This document shows, piece by piece, positions 39,024 through 51,521 of a stretch of 64,000 nt of DNA. This DNA comes from the human T2T-CHM13v2.0 reference genome, Homo sapiens. The first letter of the stretch is position 1. The number at the start of each line of letters is the position of its first letter. A program made the position numbers and the translations under genes. The stretch lies in NCBI RefSeq assembly GCF_009914755.1, contig NC_060947.1. One strand, written 5' to 3'. Under the pieces are notes generated by a model. It had not been told where the DNA came from. It worked only from the letters and a program-made list of their open reading frames with translations, and ran no database searches.

Positions 39024-39352
39024 GAATGTGAGAACAATTTGGCTATGACATCTGTCACCTCATTGATCACCAGGGCTGATTTGGCTGATCTAGCTGGCTA
39101 AGCAGGTGTCCCTTTCCTCCCTCGCTGCTTGATGTGTGTCCCTGCTGAAGCCACAGACTCATTCAGAAAGGACTACCTTTCCCAGTAGAGAAGGATAGCT
39201 CTTAGGTCAAGGGTGTAGGTGTGTCCGTGCTCTCCTGCTACAACCTCCAAAGAAGTTCTCAAGGTCCATCTGTAGTAGAACATAGGGTAGTCAAGCATCT
39301 AAGACTTCAGACACATCTAAATGAGGCATTGCAGATGTCAATCTGCCTTTCT
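39024..39352 (+). pseudogene. RN7SKP: Full-length processed 7SK snRNA pseudogene (number not determinable)
   Basis: Colinear with 7SK from GAATGTGAG (GGATGTGAG) through ACATCTGTCACC, GGCTGATCT, GGTCAAGGGT, TCTCAAGGTCCAT, TAGGGTAGTCAAGC to TCTGCCTTTCT. CpGs decayed, A-rich tail follows. Confidence 0.96.
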
Positions 39353-39719
39353 AAAATAAATAAATAATTGCAAATGACCTTATTTTTGGCCAAACCCACC
39401 TTGATTCATCCTGCTTTATTTCTAAAGAAGCAAATTATTACTCAAGGTGTACATATGCAGGTTAAGAAGATTTAAGCAGGTCTATTAAAATTAGTTGGAT
39501 AATTTTCTCTATATCCTTACCGACCCAATATTTTCTACCCACAATCACTGACCTACATATTCATAAACACTAATCATTTGAATATATTTTATCAAATGAA
39601 CCAAATACAAGGGCAAGTGTCTTTCACTCTCAAACTTTGTATTCTTCCCAGTGCTTAACACAAAACAAGCTACATAGTATGAAGTAAAACAGAGCAGACC
39701 AGAATAAAAATTAAACAGG

Positions 39720-39890
39720 ATTACAAGGTATAATGCATCACTTCCAGGCTCAGTTAGTATCTTAGAAGGATCATTTTGATCCTTTGAGTCCCATTGACCT
39801 CATTGGAAAATGGGAGTAATATTACTTTCTCACAGGGTTATTTTGAGGTTCAAATGGAATGATAAATGTGAGAAAGATTTGGCAATTTTG
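39720..39890 (+). mobile_element. MIR
   Basis: CCTCATTGGAAAATGGGAGTAATATTACTTTCTCACAGGGTTATTTTGAGGTTCAAATG. Confidence 0.8.
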
Positions 39891-40744
39891 TTATTGAAAC
39901 AAAGCACCATAAATATGCACTGAGTTAAATTATTCAAATGCTTTAAGGACTCGGAATTTTCTCTTCTAAAGCTATGAGTCAAGTTTCTTTAAATGTATCA
40001 GTTAACAGCTGTTTCCCTATTAAAGGCAAAAGTCTGGTCTGCGTTTGAAAGAAAAAATAAAACATATGGAAATTCTGATATAATATACCAATATTAGCAT
40101 AAATATATAAAGAGTAAAATCCAACATTTTATGTATCATTTCTTTTGTTTTTTTGTTGTTGTTTTTCAGTCTATAAGAGCTAGTATACATCCCCACCTAT
40201 AGTTAAAATGCATGCCTAAAATTTAAAAATCTGTTTTAGTCTCTTCAAGTATGTGATGTTAAATATATTATCTTTCAATCATATGGTGAGTTGTCTGAGA
40301 TGTTATTTTCTTTCATCCCAATTCAGTTATCTTGCTCCAAATTCCTTTTTGTTTCAATTTCTTAAACTGTGAAATCAGGGCATGCTGCTTAGTAATGGAT
40401 TTGTTATTTTCTGACACAGTAGTAGCTAAACTAAATCATTGACAGTCTATCAGTCTAAAGGAAATCTACCTCCAGCACCTCCACAGGGTGTCAGGATGTT
40501 ATTAATTTAGAAATTATACAGATTCTTATATATAACTCCAAGTGCTTTGACTCCAGTGAGAGAAAGAGAGAGCCTTTGTTATTGAAAAGAAATTTGATCT
40601 TGCAGTAAAATTTAGCCAGAAGCTTCATTCTCAGATTAGACAGACAAAGGATTCACACAATTGAATAGATTTTTGTCATCAATGTGTGCATAAAAGAACG
40701 TTCATGTTTTCAAATAGAGTTGAAAATCTTACATGTTTTCTGAA

Positions 40745-41560
40745 TAAAGTAACAAATATGTATTGTGTTCATTCTATGTACCAATCATTTTTCTATGTGT
40801 TATGAGGGTCTGGAGTTTATTCTCGGCCTCTTGGGGCTTCAACTCTAGCAGAAAGCATATAGGAAAATACTTTATATTACATGAGCCATAATGAAATGAG
40901 TGTTCAAACTAGATATAAAGATTGTTCTCTGGATGTAGAACAGCAAATGACTGATTCTGACTAGAGAGACCATCGCAGCAAATCTGAGCCTGAGGGAAGA
41001 AAAAGATTCCAGTAAACAGAAATCAAATGAATGTGTATGGCCATCCAGGCAGAGGAAAGTATGAGCAGAAATACTGAGACAGAAGAGTGTTTAGGGTCTG
41101 TGGGGAGTAAGTATCCTGCTAAAGTTGAGTTTAATATTCCAGGAAGAGTGAACTGAAATTTGAAACTGAAAAAGTAGTTTGAGGTGCAATTGTGAATACC
41201 ATGCTAAGAAGTTTGGAGTTTATTTTGAAGAAAATCAGGGGCTGTTTACAGATTTTGAGAAGCAGAATTTGAGATATCACCTGTTTTGTAAAGAAAATGC
41301 TAGAAGCGGTATGAAAATTGGGCTAAAGAGACACTAGACTGAAGACGAGGAAGCTGGTTAGTCCTAAAGAGAGATGTGTGCCTGAACCAAGGTAGTGGCG
41401 ATGTGAATAGAAAGGACGGAAACAGCTAAGACTGACATGGAAGACATTCCAAAGAGGATCAACAAGATTTAGCTGATTGGATGGAGAGAAGGAAGTGGTG
41501 AGTAGGGATATGAAAATAAAAAAAAATCTAGAAGAGTCTGAAGTTTCTACTATGGGTGAT
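40745..41560 (-). mobile_element. L2 LINE fragment
   Basis: AACAAATATGTATTGTG..., CATCCAGGCAGAGGAAA, CCATGCTAAGAAGTTTGGAGTTTATT. Confidence 0.8.
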
Positions 41561-42546
41561 TACGTAGTATACTGTGCTGGGGAACAGAAAACTCAAAAAT
41601 ACAGTTGTAACAATGGTGTTGTAGAGATATTTTCATACATAAGAAATGGCTTGCGGATTAAAAAAAAGAAGCCTGATAATGAACATTCCCATTCCTCTTT
41701 ATATAAAAGAAACAGAGTAACACACTCTCAAGTTTGGTGTGAAAGTAAGTAAAAGGTGATGACTTCTAGGACAAGAAAATTAGTCCATCTCCATTTGGAG
41801 AAATAAGAAAGTGTTCAATCCCCAACATATGGGTCATTATTTCAATTTAGGGGAGTCAGGCTCTCAGCTGGGATGGCTGTAGGCTTCTATGTGATCTTTG
41901 AGACCTAGATGGGTAGAATGTGGAATAACCCTGAAGGAATGGTGGGGTGAAAGTCAAGAGAGCCCATGAAGGCATGGAGGCCAGGCTGAATCAGTTCAAA
42001 CATTCCTAAAATTAGAACAGCGTCACCATGGTGGCAAAGTTGGTATCAGTAGCTTTATATACCAACCACAGAGTTAATATTGTTTTATTTTAATTAAATA
42101 TATTAACATCACCACAGAAAAATAACTTGTTTCTTATATTTCAGATATTTCCAGTAGGGCTGGTGAGTAGAGATGGGGATATTTGCCAATAAGGCAATAT
42201 CCTATGAAACTAATCTTTTAAAACTAGCAGAGAATTTAATAACTGCGGCATGACACAAGAAGCAGATACTGAGTGATGTTTCGGCTAAAATAAAATGAGA
42301 GCTAGTTGTTTAAACACTGATATAAATCATGTAATCACTTTTCACAGTTCATGCATCTCGGCATCCATTTATTCTGTAAATATTCACTATGCATTTGCTA
42401 TGTCATAGATGCTATACTGGGTATTTGTGATACAAAATACGACTTTTGTGCTCCCAGGCATATTATTACCTAATTAAAGATATGTCAATCCAGAAGGTTA
42501 GAACTGAGCAGTTTAGCAATTAAGTTTACTATCCACTTCTAAAGAC

Positions 42547-42588
42547 TGGATACATGCAATAACAAAATGGATACATGCAATAACAAAA
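42547..42588. repeat. Perfect 21-bp tandem duplication
   Basis: TGGATACATGCAATAACAAAA x2. Confidence 0.95.
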
Positions 42589-42589
42589 T

Positions 42590-42830
42590 AACAACAAAAG
42601 CTGTAGATGGTCTTGACTGAACACCTACTATGTGCCACATACTGAGTTAGGTAATTTAGATCCATCATTTCATTTAATTCTTACAACAATCATATGAGAT
42701 AGAGATCGTTACCCGAAAATTTTAGGTGAGTAGGTAGAATATGAATTTAAGACATCTTCTCAAGATCACAAAATGTCGTTATTGCAGCTAGAAATGGAAA
42801 GTGAGTCTCTTTCATTTCAAAGTCCACATT
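42590..42830 (-). mobile_element. MIR
   Basis: TTGACTGAACACCTACTATGTGCCA...CATTTAATTCTTACAACAATCATATGAG...CAAGATCACA. Confidence 0.8.
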
Positions 42831-43048
42831 CTGCTTTGACCTCAGGTTATCAGTCAGGAAGCTTCTATGTAAGACAGACTAAGGAAAGAAAGTTGGGCAT
42901 CATAGATGGTAGTCTGAGAAATGGAAAGTGAGTCTCTTTCATTTCAAAGTCCACATTCTGCTTTGACCTCAGGTTATCAGTCAGGAAGCTTCTATGTAAG
43001 ACAGACTAAGGAAAGAAAGTTGGGCATCATAGATGGTAGTCTGAGAAA
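42790..43048. repeat. Perfect 127-bp tandem duplication with AGAAA junction microhomology
   Basis: 42790-42916 is identical to 42917-43043. AGAAA occurs at 42790, 42917 and 43044. Confidence 0.97.
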
Positions 43049-44017
43049 GTTTCTGGGAAAGGGCGGACCAGAAGTGTGGAAGAAAACAGGAAACATGAAT
43101 TGGCAGAAGCCATTCCAGGTGGACGGATGTTGAGTTGGAACAAGTAAAAGAAAGAGAAAGGGAGAGGCTGCAGAGAGTGTCAGCAAAAGCCCTGGATTAG
43201 GAAACAGCAAACAGTAAAGCAGGCCAGAGAGACCTGGTCATTTGGAACCCACCACCATAATGAAGACACACAGGCCTTTTCATTACTAGAATAGTGACTC
43301 AACTTCAATCAATGAACCTCCGGCAATCTTAGCTGGCTTGTGTTATCGTCGTGTAGTTGATTTATTTCTTTCACTCTGAACTTCCATCTCTGCCCAAGTT
43401 TTAATTAGCTGAATGCTCCTAGAAATCTGTGAACCTGTTAACAGGCTGAAGCATAATATATGTAAAAGCAGCTTCCTGCTGTGAAAAGGTTACTCAGTGG
43501 ACAACTTGTTTTCAGCTTGTTGATAAGGACAGTGCAATTTGGAAGCACTGCTGGAATGCTGCTGCCGCAGATATGTGCGTCAGCAAACAACTGTGGCATC
43601 TCGTGTCAGGAGGCTACCTGAATCACAGTGCCCACTGGGAGAAGGGCAGTCCTAGGACTGAGCTTCATAGGGATCTGCTTGGATTCTAAGGCTCTCACTT
43701 TATGTCGCTATTTTCTATTTCATGGCATGCCTTAATGAGTTGATTCAGGACCAGAATTATTGGGGAAAATGTTATTAATATCAACTGGTTCCTATAAATA
43801 TTTTTTGTTTAATCCTAATTCTTCATATTAGGAGACAAAGAATATGACATTCATTCATTTATTCTTGCATTCATGAAACATTTTATGCATCTCTACATTT
43901 CAAAAACTGTGGTAATCAGTGAAAGCAAGATATAAAGATTAATAGGATAGCATCTATGTTCATCACAAATTACAGCTTATAAAGAAAAATAGTATATCTT
44001 GGTGTCATAGTATAATG

Positions 44018-44681
44018 CTTTACTTCTCAAACTAGGGTTTGGGGACGTAGTCTCAAGCTTCTGAGCTTACTCTATGAGACTGTGAGTATTCATATTTGTG
44101 TTATTTTTTCCAGGACTTAATAAATACTGTCAGTCTACTGTGGGTCATCTAGAGGATTACCATATTCATAACATATGTTGCAATGTTGTAACTTGACATT
44201 TCAGAGCCCAGATTTCTGTTTCTGTTTTGAAGGATGTCGGTGCCAGGTTTGTGCTTGTGTTTTTAGTAGGTTGATGCCAATTAGTACATCTTTTATTGTT
44301 TAATACAAATGAAAGGGACAGGTTTATGATATATATAATGAGTGCACGCTCTGTGAAGGCCAAATGATAATGTGATGTGCTGCGTGAACGGAAGTGTGAA
44401 AGGAAGAAAGTAGCGGGAGAATTGAGCCATTGCCAAGCTCAAAAATTTGTCAAGACATTTTATGTAATTATATTCAAGTTCTGAGCTCTAATTTGACTTC
44501 AGTAAATCATCACATTAATTTGTTTAAATGTTATATTTATGTGTTTAATTTATACTTTTTGGAAATTGCCCATGATTTTAGGTTTGTAAATATTTAAGTA
44601 ACATGATCAAAATTATTTAAGTCACATGATATTTTTTCCTTTTAAAATGGTCCACATATTACCCAAGAGTGAGAATCACTG
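44018..44681. mobile_element. hAT-Charlie non-autonomous element (subfamily uncertain)
   Basis: Charlie-type termini CTTCTCAAACT ... AGTGAGAATCACTG. Confidence 0.55.
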
Positions 44682-44799
44682 TTATAAATGTCATATGCTG
44701 TGATTCATCCTGCCTCTCCCCTTAGCTGCTCTGAGAAAGATCATTAGTGGTGTTGGTCTCTCAGTGTTCCAGATTTATGGCTTCTTACAAGTCCTCAGC

Positions 44800-45210
44800 T
44801 TAATTGACTCTTCTGATGTGTTTGAAGCTGTTTTTCATTTCTTTCTTTTTGAAACTTTTTTCTTCTGACTACTAAAAAACATTTTTACCTTTTCTTCTGC
44901 CTCTCTGGCCATTCTTTCTTAGTCTTCTTGTGGAATTATTAGTCCTCTGCCTGTCCAAAATATATTTATGCTTCTAAGAGTTTTCCCCTAGTTTCTCTTC
45001 ATTTTATTACTCCTTGCACTTGCTGTGGGTAAATTCATCTGCTCCTAATGCTTCACTTATGACCTATACGGTAATGACACAATCTAAATTATGTTGCCAA
45101 ATCTCTCACCTAAGTTCCACATCCGTATCTACAACTGTATACTTGGAATCTCCATCTGGATGGCCCATAGCCTTCTCAAAGTCAACAGGTATAAAACTGA
45201 ACTCATCAGC

Positions 45211-45254
<44 letters not shown>

Positions 45255-45370
45255 AAAACATTCCTCAACTCTACAGCTTTTTAGGCTCTTGTCCCCTGTA
45301 TTGTGAATAGCAGCCATTCTGAATTCCTTCTCTGTTTTTACCATGTATCTAAGTCAGAAATCTAGACCTT
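44800..45370 (+). mobile_element. L2 fragment containing (AC)20 at 45212-45251
   Basis: CTCTCTGGCCATTCTTTCTTAGTCTTCTT, ATCTCCATCTGGATG...TCTCAAAGTCAACA. Confidence 0.7.
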
Positions 45371-46112
45371 TATTCAAGGAGGTAGACTTCACAGGGTGCA
45401 AGCAGATAAAAGCTGCATTATTTGTTGTCACTTTACACCTACTCTTGTAACTCTTTTTTCACATTTATGAAAGCAATAGTGAGAAGGTCCAATTTTTTTT
45501 TTCAATCACTTTCAAACTCTAGTAAAGAAAGGATGATTCTTTTGTTTTGTTTATTTTGTTCGCCTCTGTGTCCCAGAACCTAAAAATGAAGAGATATTGG
45601 AGGATTAAGTGACCAAATGTTGTTATTCCAAGTCTTTCCTTCTCATCTGTGAGTTATAGTTGGGGAGAAGGGAAGGCAGCGAGAGACAAAGCTATACTTG
45701 TTTTATGTGTAGCCTTGTGTTTTTATTCTGTAGAGATGCAGATGAATTTGAATTTAAGTCATAGATATTTTACATTCAACTTTTTCAAATGCGTGTCAGA
45801 TAACAGTCCTTGCATCTCTTAAAACTGACGGGAACACATGTCAAACTCATCTTGAAGCATCCCCTCACTTGATTTGAGGTAGGTAGAAGACTGATCTTCT
45901 CCTCACTCATGGGATGCGAGCACATTCACATCTCTCTCTAAATAAATCTGAATCCCTGGCTTCTTCAACCTCAAGTAAATTCTTAACCTTTTCTTCAGAA
46001 TCCCATATATGGTTGACGGACTATTGCTTACAGAATCGGTTTGTGGTCATCCTTCTGTCAAGCGCTGTAACAATGAACTAGCATATTTCTTTAAAATTTA
46101 GTTAGTTTGTTT

Positions 46113-46420
<308 letters not shown>

Positions 46421-47559
46421 TAGTTTGATTTTTATTGATAATGATTGAACTCAAACTATGGTGACTCTTCTGAAACTTGATAACATTAAGATAATTCAAA
46501 TATAGCATCTTGTCTTGTAATGCATTCTTGACGTTCCCTTTTCTTTATTCCCAAAGATGATATCTTATATATCTTCTGCTGACCAACTCTTCTTTCCCTT
46601 CACTGCTTTTTATTTCAGATCTTCATTCTCTCTATCTGACGGAGTGGTAGTCCTCAATTGCTGTTTTTGTCATATTGAATAACTCCTAGTTTCTTACATG
46701 TTATACAAAAATTTCTGAGAATAATATATGAAGCTATGCATGATTTTACCTATGCCACCTCTTATGCCTTCTTTCTTATCCTAAACTTTGCTTTCACCAC
46801 AAATTCTGATGTCAGCCATACAGAAATGCCTGCACTTTTTTATCTGTTGGAAATCTCATAGTACAGTGAAACCTCCTATAAAATAGTATTTTTCTGTAAC
46901 GTTTCTCCTTCCCTTACCAACCCTTCCCATCCCCAATCTGATTGAAAAACTCCCAGTCATCCTACACAACTCAACTCAAAGATAACCTACCCTATGGAAT
47001 CTTTCTTGATCTTTCTAGTGGCATATTAATTCATCTGTCATTATTAGAGCAACCCCCCACCCCGCCGTGTTATTATGTAAGGGCTGTCACTAAACTTAAG
47101 TTGTCCTCAACAGTATTTTATCTCCAATAAAGCACCTGATTTAATCTGTTTATTCCCATTCTCAGTCTAACTATAGCTTCATATATCAAGTGTCATGGAT
47201 ACTTGAGTTAGGAAACTTGGAGAAATACTTATCTTACTTTGCTTGGCATGATACCCAGTTGTGTTCGTCCAATTATTTTGCAAATTCAAATGGTAATATG
47301 CCTTAGTTTCTTCCTTAAATATCCTGCTAAAGTGTAGCAGAGCTCTCTGACCTAGTTTTCTCAGCCCTCTTACTCACTGTTTATTTCCCACCAGTGTAAC
47401 AGCGTAATGTGAATCCTCAATATTTTTCTAAGCTATATTAGAACATCAACTCTAGACCCACATCTATTTATCTCTCTTTCCTTTATCAATCACTAATTTA
47501 TATTTTTAAAATAATTATCACCAGCAAATTCAAAGATGTAAGATATTTAAATGAAATGG

Positions 47560-47950
47560 ATGAGGCAGATATAGTACCCATATGAATCAACTGCACCGAC
47601 TGAAAGCCCATAAGTGAGGCCCTCCCTAGTTTCTGTTACTATTACCAGGCACAGCCTGACCTCCAATTTGCTCTGCTACTAGCCGTCAACGATTATACAA
47701 CCAGAGGGTTGTGTGCGACACTATAAAAACAAAAACTAATATGTAGGTTTTCAATGCATCACTACGTCTGCTACAGTTAAACTGCAGCAACTGCTGACAA
47801 GTGTGACAAAGGTTGACAAAATATCTAAAGCCTAAGAAGGATGTCAGCAGTTATTGCTGAACACAAGGTGTGTCGTCGTTACATTTTTTTTTTTGCGCCA
47901 GCAGTGTTTCAGGTAAGATTGAAAATGTCTGGGTATATTTTGTTAGTGTA
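47560..47950. mobile_element. Probable hAT-Tip100 (Arthur1-like) fragment
   Basis: ACAACCAGAGGGTTGTGTGC...AAAGCCTAAGAAG...CAGCAGTGTTTCAGGTAAGATTGAAAATGTC, family call from recall only. Confidence 0.45.
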
Positions 47951-48033
47951 TCTTGTAATTGTACATGAAGAACATGATGTTGTCAATGGAATCATTTTCC
48001 TTGATTTAATTTTTTGTAATTTTAATACATCCC

Positions 48034-48401
48034 TGTATTAGTCTGTACAAGCTGCCACAACAAAATATCATAGAGTAGGTAGCTCAAACAACAGATATTT
48101 ATTTCTCACAGTTCTGGAGGCTGGGAAGTCTGATTAAGTTGTTATCCAACTAAATCCCTGGTAAGAGCCCTCTTCCTGGTTTTGCACATAGTCACCTGTG
48201 TCCTCACATAGCAGATAAAAAAAAAAAGATATTTTACTCTTTCTCTCCCTATAAAGCCATTAAGCTCAACATGAAGATGCCACCCTCATAATCTCATCTA
48301 ACTCTAATGACCTCCCAAAAGCCCCATCTCCAAATATCATTGTATTGCAGGTTAAGGCTTCAACATGTGAATTTTGCAAGGATATACTTCAGTTTATAGC
48401 A
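48034..48401 (-). mobile_element. MLT1A0-like solo LTR
   Basis: TGTATTAGTCTG...TTTATAGCA, 368 bp, perfect TSD ATCCC. Confidence 0.92.
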
Positions 48402-49390
48402 ATCCCCATGGTTCAAAATTCGAAAAATTTAAAAGGCTGTACAGTAAAATGTTTCTATATCTCACAGTTATTTACGCTGCCTGTGATATGAGCACTATTA
48501 TTAGTTCTTTATGTATCATACAAAAGTATTCTATGCACACATAACTATGTATGAATATATATCTTATTTTTACACAAATGGTGAATTCTTTATACACTAT
48601 TATCCACTTTTTTTACTCAGTATATATTGGCAACCACTGTATTTTGGACTACAAAGAACTACCTTTTTTTTTATAGCATCATCACATTTTATTGTTGGAT
48701 GTATCACAAAATATTTAACGGATCCCCTATTGATTAGCATTCAGTTTGTTTCAAATGTGTTACTATTGGAAACAATGCTATATTAAGTAGCCTCATACAG
48801 ACTTCATTAGCATATGTGAAAGCACGTTTGTAGTATAAATCTTTGAAAGGGGAATTGACGGGAGGAGGGCATTGATAGGGGATGTGTATATGTATATTTG
48901 TAATTTTAATGGAAATTCTAAAAGTGTCATTCACAGGAGTTGTGCCAATTTAAATTTATATTCCCTTCAATCTTGACAACATAATGCATTTTCAGACTTA
49001 CATATTTGCCAGTCTGGTCAGAGAAAAATAATATTTTAATATAGTTTAATGCACATTTTCCTTACTAGGAGTGAAGTATATCATTTTTCCTATGTTTAAG
49101 ATCTATTTCTATTTTCTTGTTAACTGTCTAGTCATATAGTTTGGTCAATCTAATGTATTGGTCATCTTTCCTTTATAAATTAATAGTTTCTAGTTTGATG
49201 TTTTTATTTAGGATTTGTTTATGGTATGTTTTGAAACATATTTCCTATTAGTATTACATATTACAATATACTAACTATTTCTTTGATGGCTTACGGGTTT
49301 GTGTGAATATTAGGAAGGACTCTTCCACTCCATAGGAATAAAATATTTATCCTAGAATTTATTCTAGAATTTTTTTAAGGTGAAAATTTA
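48402..49390 (-). mobile_element. Old L1ME fragment (host of the MLT1A0)
   Basis: TTCAGTTTGTTTCAAATG...AAACAATGCTA, AGTTTAATGCACATTTTCCTTACT. Confidence 0.65.
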
Positions 49391-49399
49391 ATCTATTTA

Positions 49400-49640
49400 G
49401 TAGTGAACTGCCCTAAGATGGTTCCTAGTAATTCCTATTTCCTAGTATTCAAATTATTGTTTAGTCTCTTCCCACATTGTTCCAGAGTTGGCGTGTGTGA
49501 GTAGTAGGAATCAGCACCACTGAAAATACGTCACTGCCAAGATTCAGTTATAAAAGATATTGCAACTTCTGCCTTGATGTCTTGCTTTTTTTCAGATCAT
49601 TTTTTTCAGGGGGAGGTGAGATGCTGTGTTATAAGCACCT
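49400..49640 (+). mobile_element. MLT1F-like LTR 5' half
   Basis: CTAAGATGGTTCCTAGTAATTCCT...CAAGATTCAGTTATAAAAGATATTGCAACTTCTGCCTTG. Confidence 0.65.
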
Positions 49641-50354
49641 CTCAATGTCTTCCTTTTCAAGGAAGCAATTACTTCCCCATTCCTATTAAAAGAGATATTA
49701 TAAGATCATTAGTTACATTTTGTTGCTTTAGTATATTTTCTGACTAGGTGGACTTTCAGATCCCTTACAACCCGGACTTTTTATAATCCTCTGATATGTA
49801 ATGTTAATTATTATAATGGCTAGAAAGTATAATGATATTAGGATTACCAAAGCTCGAGACCCTGAACTTTATGTCTGTCCTGCCATCCACTTCTACTCTA
49901 CTCTAACACCTAACCATTCCAACTACACACATTCGTTTGTTTGCATGTGTGTGTATGTGTGTGTGTTGTTTGTTGTTAAGAATGAAGCTTATGTCTCAAA
50001 ATCCAGTTAGGAGTTTCTGCTCCAGCTTAGAATGCAGAAATTTACAAGACAATATTGTTCTACCCAAACAAAGTGAACAAACAACTTACAAAGTCATGTT
50101 AAAACATTTTTGGAGAATTTAAGAAGTAATAAAGAAACCTTAAAATCTAAAATTGAAAATGTGACGTTCCAGTCTAAAGGAAAGAAGGAGTGAGTGAGAG
50201 AGAGAGAGAGAGAGAGATAGAGACAGAGAAACTGAAACTCATGGCTCCTTTTATTCTTGGCAGTTTATTGGAAGAGGAAGAAAGTTATCATCATAAATGC
50301 TGGTAAGAGGAAAACAGTTAACTATTCACAAATATTTAAAAGCAGAGTGACTTC

Positions 50355-50545
50355 TATTTGTCTAATGGAACTTTTTATGTTGATGGAAATGTTCCTCACT
50401 GTCTAATGTAGTTGCTACTGACACTAGCTGTACATGACTTTTGCGAATATGAAATGTGCCTCACTTACTGAGCAACCAAATTATAAACATTATTTAATTT
50501 ATATATCCAAATTAATTGAATTTATATCATATCTGACAACATGGA
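50355..50545. mobile_element. MER3 MITE
   Basis: TGTCTAATGGAACTTTTTATGTTGATGGAAATGTTC...TGAAATGTGCC. Confidence 0.7.
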
Positions 50546-51178
50546 TTTAGAAACTCTCAGATTCCCAGACACAAAGAATATCTGCAGTCACAAAAACTTG
50601 TTTCCCATGGGCTCTTCCAAGTGTTACCAAAAAAGACTGGGGGTCAGGCCAATAGATTTGATAGATCTCCCGCTGAGAGAAACTTCATTGGTTGTTGATA
50701 TATGATAGAGGGACAAGAGAGCTGAGAAGCCCTCCCCAAGGGATAGGCAGGTGGGTCCTGCTGAAGTCTGAAAACTGGACAGGTATCTAGGACAAACCCA
50801 CCATGTCCTCCATCACAAGTATTGCCAAAAGGAAGATTCTGACCCTTGTATTAAATACTTTTAAGTTTGTAGTAAACTGAATACCAGTAAAGTCGAAACA
50901 AAGGCCCAGCTCAAGTCGAAGTTAGACATATTCAAAACTCAACATTAATGTCTTGACTGAAGAAGGTGCGTACAATTTCTTTGTGTAAATAGCATTTGTC
51001 TTACTGTGCACTAATGTTTCAGAAATAGTCACATTTAAGAAAAAAATACAATTTTTCTCCAAGCAGCAATGCAAACTTGTCCATCACCAAGAAAAGGAAA
51101 ATAGTCAATAGAACCTGATCAAGGAAAGAAAAACAAACAATAGAGTCCAGGAAACAATAAAACAAGAATATTTCTTGA

Positions 51179-51521
<343 letters not shown>

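Noticed and set aside
42547-43048. Direct repeats as a CRISPR-like array
   Set aside because: Only two adjacent copies each, no spacers, eukaryotic context.
42921-43133. 70-aa ATG ORF in the second duplicate copy
   Set aside because: Short, partly MIR-derived, no coding signature.
45370-46100. Unassigned ~700-bp segment between L2 pieces
   Set aside because: Likely an old repeat I cannot identify. No termini, ORF or structure to support a call.
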